From assembly GCA_964478715.1 (NCBI GenBank), contig CAYZIY010000009.1:4113-68112 (forward strand): 64,000 nucleotides of DNA, written 5' to 3'. The DNA is from an uncultured Planctomycetales bacterium. GTDB taxonomy: Bacteria; Omnitrophota; Gorgyraeia; Zapsychrales; JBDRMG01. Position 1 is the first letter of the stretch; each line of letters opens with the position of its first letter. The translations under genes were made by a program, and so were the position numbers. The notes beneath the pieces were generated by a model. The model worked only from the letters and a program-made list of their open reading frames with translations. It ran no database searches and was not told the DNA's origin. Shown piece after piece: positions 61,223 through 64,000 of this stretch.

Positions 61223-62477
61223 ACTGATTGTAGAAGGCGGGCATCGCCTCAGTGGAGAAGTAAAAATAAGCGGGGCCAAAAACGCGGCTTTGCCTTTGAT
61301 GGCGGCTACGCTGTTGACTGATGACGTTTGCATCCTTCAGAATGTTCCAAAATTGCGGGATACACACACTATGATTCGGTTATTGCGTTCTTTAGGAAAA
61401 ACTGTTGAAACCAAGAAAAATACGCTCAAAATTTCTACAAAAAATAAAATATCACATATTGCTGAATATAATTTGGTGTCGACTATGCGGGGATCGTTTT
61501 GTGTCCTGGGGCCATTATTGGCAAAATTGAAAAAGGCTCAAGTTTCTCTTCCCGGTGGTTGCATCATCGGTGTACGGCCGGTTGATTTACATCTTCGGGG
61601 GCTGAAATCCTTGGGCGCTCGGATAGAGATCGAAAGCGGTTATGTGTTTGCTCGAGCTCCTAAGCTCAAGGGCGACCATATTTATTTGGGAGGCGTTTTT
61701 GGTTCTTCTGTTTTGGCCACCATGAATGTCATGATGGCCGCGGTTTTGGCTCAGGGCAAAACAATTATCGAATTGGCGTCCTGCGAGCCCGAAGTTATCG
61801 ATGTTGCCGATTTTTTGAATAAAATGGGGGCCGATATTGAAGGACATGGAACACCTCGAATTACGATCACCGGGGTCACGAAACTTCGAGGAGCGACACA
61901 TCGGGCGATTTACGATCGTATTGAGGCGGGAACTTTTATTCTGCTAGCTGCGGCCACAAAAAGTTCTCTAACGATAAAAAACGCTAATTATCGATTTCAG
62001 ATGGCTTTACTGGATCGTTTACAGAGATGCGGTTTTAAAATCAAGAAAGCGGAAGGATCAATCCAGGTTCGCGAACCTTGCAAGGTTATTCCTTCCAGTG
62101 TGACCACTTATCCTTATCCCGGTTTCCCGACGGATTTACAGGCCCAGTTTACGGCCTTGATGGCCACAATGCCGGGAGTGAGCGTGGTTACCGATAAGGT
62201 TTTTCCCGACCGGTTTATGCATGTGGCTGAGTTGAATCGAATGGGAGCCAATATCCGGCGTGAAGGGAGTAACGCCATCATTCAAGGGGTCAAAACACTG
62301 TTTGCGGCACCGGTTATGGCCAGCGATCTACGAGCTTCGGCCGCTTTGGTAATAGCGGCCTTATGCGCAAAAGGCTGTACCGAGATTCATCGCATTTATC
62401 ACCTTGAGCGTGGTTATGAAAACCTTGAACAAAAACTTCGTGATTTGGGTGCGAAAATCAAGCGGGAAAAAGAATAG
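61215..62477 (+). CDS. murA: UDP-N-acetylglucosamine 1-carboxyvinyltransferase
   Basis: L.V.GG..L.G.V.ISGAKNAALP, the active-site Cys context LPGGC.IG.RPVDLH, and twofold EPSP-like repeats. Confidence 0.9.
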   Translation: MDKLIVEGGHRLSGEVKISGAKNAALPLMAATLLTDDVCILQNVPKLRDTHTMIRLLRSLGKTVETKKNTLKISTKNKISHIAEYNLVSTMRGSFCVLGPLLAKLKKAQVSLPGGCIIGVRPVDLHLRGLKSLGARIEIESGYVFARAPKLKGDHIYLGGVFGSSVLATMNVMMAAVLAQGKTIIELASCEPEVIDVADFLNKMGADIEGHGTPRITITGVTKLRGATHRAIYDRIEAGTFILLAAATKSSLTIKNANYRFQMALLDRLQRCGFKIKKAEGSIQVREPCKVIPSSVTTYPYPGFPTDLQAQFTALMATMPGVSVVTDKVFPDRFMHVAELNRMGANIRREGSNAIIQGVKTLFAAPVMASDLRASAALVIAALCAKGCTEIHRIYHLERGYENLEQKLRDLGAKIKREKE

Positions 62478-63044
62478 ATGGTCCTAGTTATCGATAATTA
62501 CGATTCCTTTACATATAATCTCGTTCAATACCTGGGAGAGCTGGGAGCAAAACTCAAGGTTTATCGTAATGACAAAATTTCTATTGAACAGATTAAAAAT
62601 TTAAAGCCGCGTCAGATTGTTATTTCTCCCGGTCCCGGACGGCCGAAAGATGCCGGGATTTCGATCGATGTGATCAAAGAGTGTTCTTTGAGCATTCCCA
62701 CTTTTGGTGTTTGCTTGGGACATCAATGCATTGCCGAGGCCTTCGGCGGAAAAATTATTCGGGCCAAGAATCTAATGCACGGAAAAACATCGATGATTTC
62801 GCATAATGAGAAAGAAATATTTCGCTCTGTTAGAAATCCCTTTGAAGCGACAAGATATCATTCTCTGGTTGCCGATTCAAAAACATTTCCGACTTGTCTG
62901 ACGATTACGGCCCGCAGTGAAGACAAGGAAATTATGGGTTTGCACCATAAGAAGTATCCTTTGTGGGGCGTTCAATTTCATCCCGAATCTATTTTGACCT
63001 GTCAGGGAAAAAAGATTCTTAATAATTTTCTAAAAATCACATGA
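62478..63044 (+). CDS. trpG: anthranilate synthase component II / aminodeoxychorismate synthase glutamine amidotransferase
   Basis: MVLVIDNYDSFTYNL, GVCLGHQ (catalytic Cys) and FHPES. Confidence 0.85.
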   Translation: MVLVIDNYDSFTYNLVQYLGELGAKLKVYRNDKISIEQIKNLKPRQIVISPGPGRPKDAGISIDVIKECSLSIPTFGVCLGHQCIAEAFGGKIIRAKNLMHGKTSMISHNEKEIFRSVRNPFEATRYHSLVADSKTFPTCLTITARSEDKEIMGLHHKKYPLWGVQFHPESILTCQGKKILNNFLKIT

Positions 63045-64000
63045 AAGATTTCATTAAAATAGTTCAGGCTAAGAAAAATCTTTCGATGGATGAGATGGAG
63101 AGCTTGATGCATCAGGTGATGGCGGGAGAGGCTTCTCCTGAAGAATTTTCCGAATTTTTATTGGCTTTAAGAGAAAAAGGGGCTACGGTTGAGGAAATCA
63201 CCGGTGCCGCAAAAATCATGCGCCGTTTTGTTGTTCGGATTCCTGTTCATCATGAGATAATTCTGGATACGTGCGGGACAGGCGGCGATAAATCTCATAC
63301 CTTTAATATCTCGACTATTACAGCCTTTGTCTTAGCCGGTGGCGGTGTTTCTGTTGCCAAACACGGCAATCGTTCTGTGTCCAGTCGGTGCGGAAGCGCT
63401 GATGTGCTCGAATCTTTAGGGGTGAATATTCAAATGAAATCCGAGCTTCTGGCTCAATGTCTTGATGAAGTGGGGATTGCTTTTCTTTTTGCCCAAAAGC
63501 TTCATCCGGCCATGAAGCACGCGGCTGGGGTCAGAAAACAACTGGGTGTTGAGACGATATTCAATGTTTTAGGTCCTTTGACAAATCCGGCTATGGCCAC
63601 TCATCAAATGATGGGTGTTTATAGCAGAGACCTAGTAGAGCCGATGGCGCAAGTGCTGATGAATTTGGGACTTAAACGCGCTTTGGTCGTTCACGGTAGT
63701 GACGGATTAGATGAAGCGACAACAACCGGGGAAACCTTTATCAGTGAAATGAGAGATCATAAAATTTCTTCTTATTCCATTACGCCGGAAGAGCTCAAAA
63801 TTCTTCGAGCCACGAGCGAAGATCTCAAAGGAGGAGATATCAATAAGAATTGTGAAATTGCACTCAATGTTTTAAAAGGGCAAGAAGGTCCTCAAAGGGA
63901 TATCGTCATTCTTAATGCGGCCTGTGCTTTTTATGTTAGCGAAAAGGCCGATACGATCGGTCAAGGGTTAGAAATGGCCGGCCAATCGATTGATTCGGGA
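63041..64000 (+). CDS. trpD: anthranilate phosphoribosyltransferase (3' end outside window)
   Basis: ATG at 63041 overlaps the trpG stop (ATGA). Open frame to the window end reads ...ILDTCGTGGDKSHTFNISTITAFVLAGGGVSVAKHGNRSVSSRCGSADVLESLG... Confidence 0.8.
   Translation, partial: MKDFIKIVQAKKNLSMDEMESLMHQVMAGEASPEEFSEFLLALREKGATVEEITGAAKIMRRFVVRIPVHHEIILDTCGTGGDKSHTFNISTITAFVLAGGGVSVAKHGNRSVSSRCGSADVLESLGVNIQMKSELLAQCLDEVGIAFLFAQKLHPAMKHAAGVRKQLGVETIFNVLGPLTNPAMATHQMMGVYSRDLVEPMAQVLMNLGLKRALVVHGSDGLDEATTTGETFISEMRDHKISSYSITPEELKILRATSEDLKGGDINKNCEIALNVLKGQEGPQRDIVILNAACAFYVSEKADTIGQGLEMAGQSIDSG

Overview
This 64-kb window is an almost entirely plus-strand, very tightly packed stretch of core Gram-negative chromosome; many genes overlap by 4-20 nt. 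All calls below are read by eye from the supplied translations and intergenic sequence, with no database search.

The centre of the window (about 6.9-23.5 kb) is an LPS inner-core supercluster. It begins with waaA, lpxK, an LpxL-family lipid A acyltransferase fused to an ELM1/DUF1022-like domain, and a GT4-GT9 fusion. A second GT4 and three more GT9 heptosyltransferase-family genes follow. The cluster then continues with a kinase-only heptose-7-phosphate kinase (hldA-type), kdsB-kdsA-kdsD-kdsC, one membrane-anchored LptC/LptA-like protein and lptB.

The only convincing minus-strand gene in the window sits in the middle of this cluster. It is a 69-aa ORF with its own sigma70-like promoter, a ribosome-binding site and a bidirectional terminator. 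Its sequence looks like a DUF1931/HBb-type bacterial histone-fold protein.

The flanks are housekeeping genes:
- Aromatic amino acid and competence: leuA (3' end), aroE, a prepilin peptidase, aroK, dprA, topA, xerC/D.
- Chaperone and serine biosynthesis: tig, clpP, a serC-like aminotransferase, serA, purA.
- Isoprenoid/lipid and envelope: uppS, cdsA, dxr, rseP, an orphan cpaF-like ATPase.
- Translation and transcription: proS, rimP, nusA, infB, trpS, trmD, rplS, rho, rpmE, prfA, prmC.
- Replication, repair and tRNA modification: scpA, ruvB, queA, tgt, rnhB, yraN, polA.
- One-carbon and other metabolism: an FTCD-like cyclodeaminase, folD, glgA, coaE, murA, trpG, trpD (5' part).

I found no tRNA or rRNA gene, CRISPR array, mobile element or recognisable defence locus. 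The items most worth a second look are:
- the histone-fold gene;
- the LpxL-ELM1 and GT4-GT9 fusions;
- an OstA-fold protein of only 270 aa in place of separate lptC and lptA;
- a trigger factor lacking the PPIase domain;
- a ProRS with a Cys cluster where the editing domain normally sits;
- a nucleotide-motif-degenerate oxidoreductase-like protein after folD;
- a few intergenic repeat and operator-like elements.
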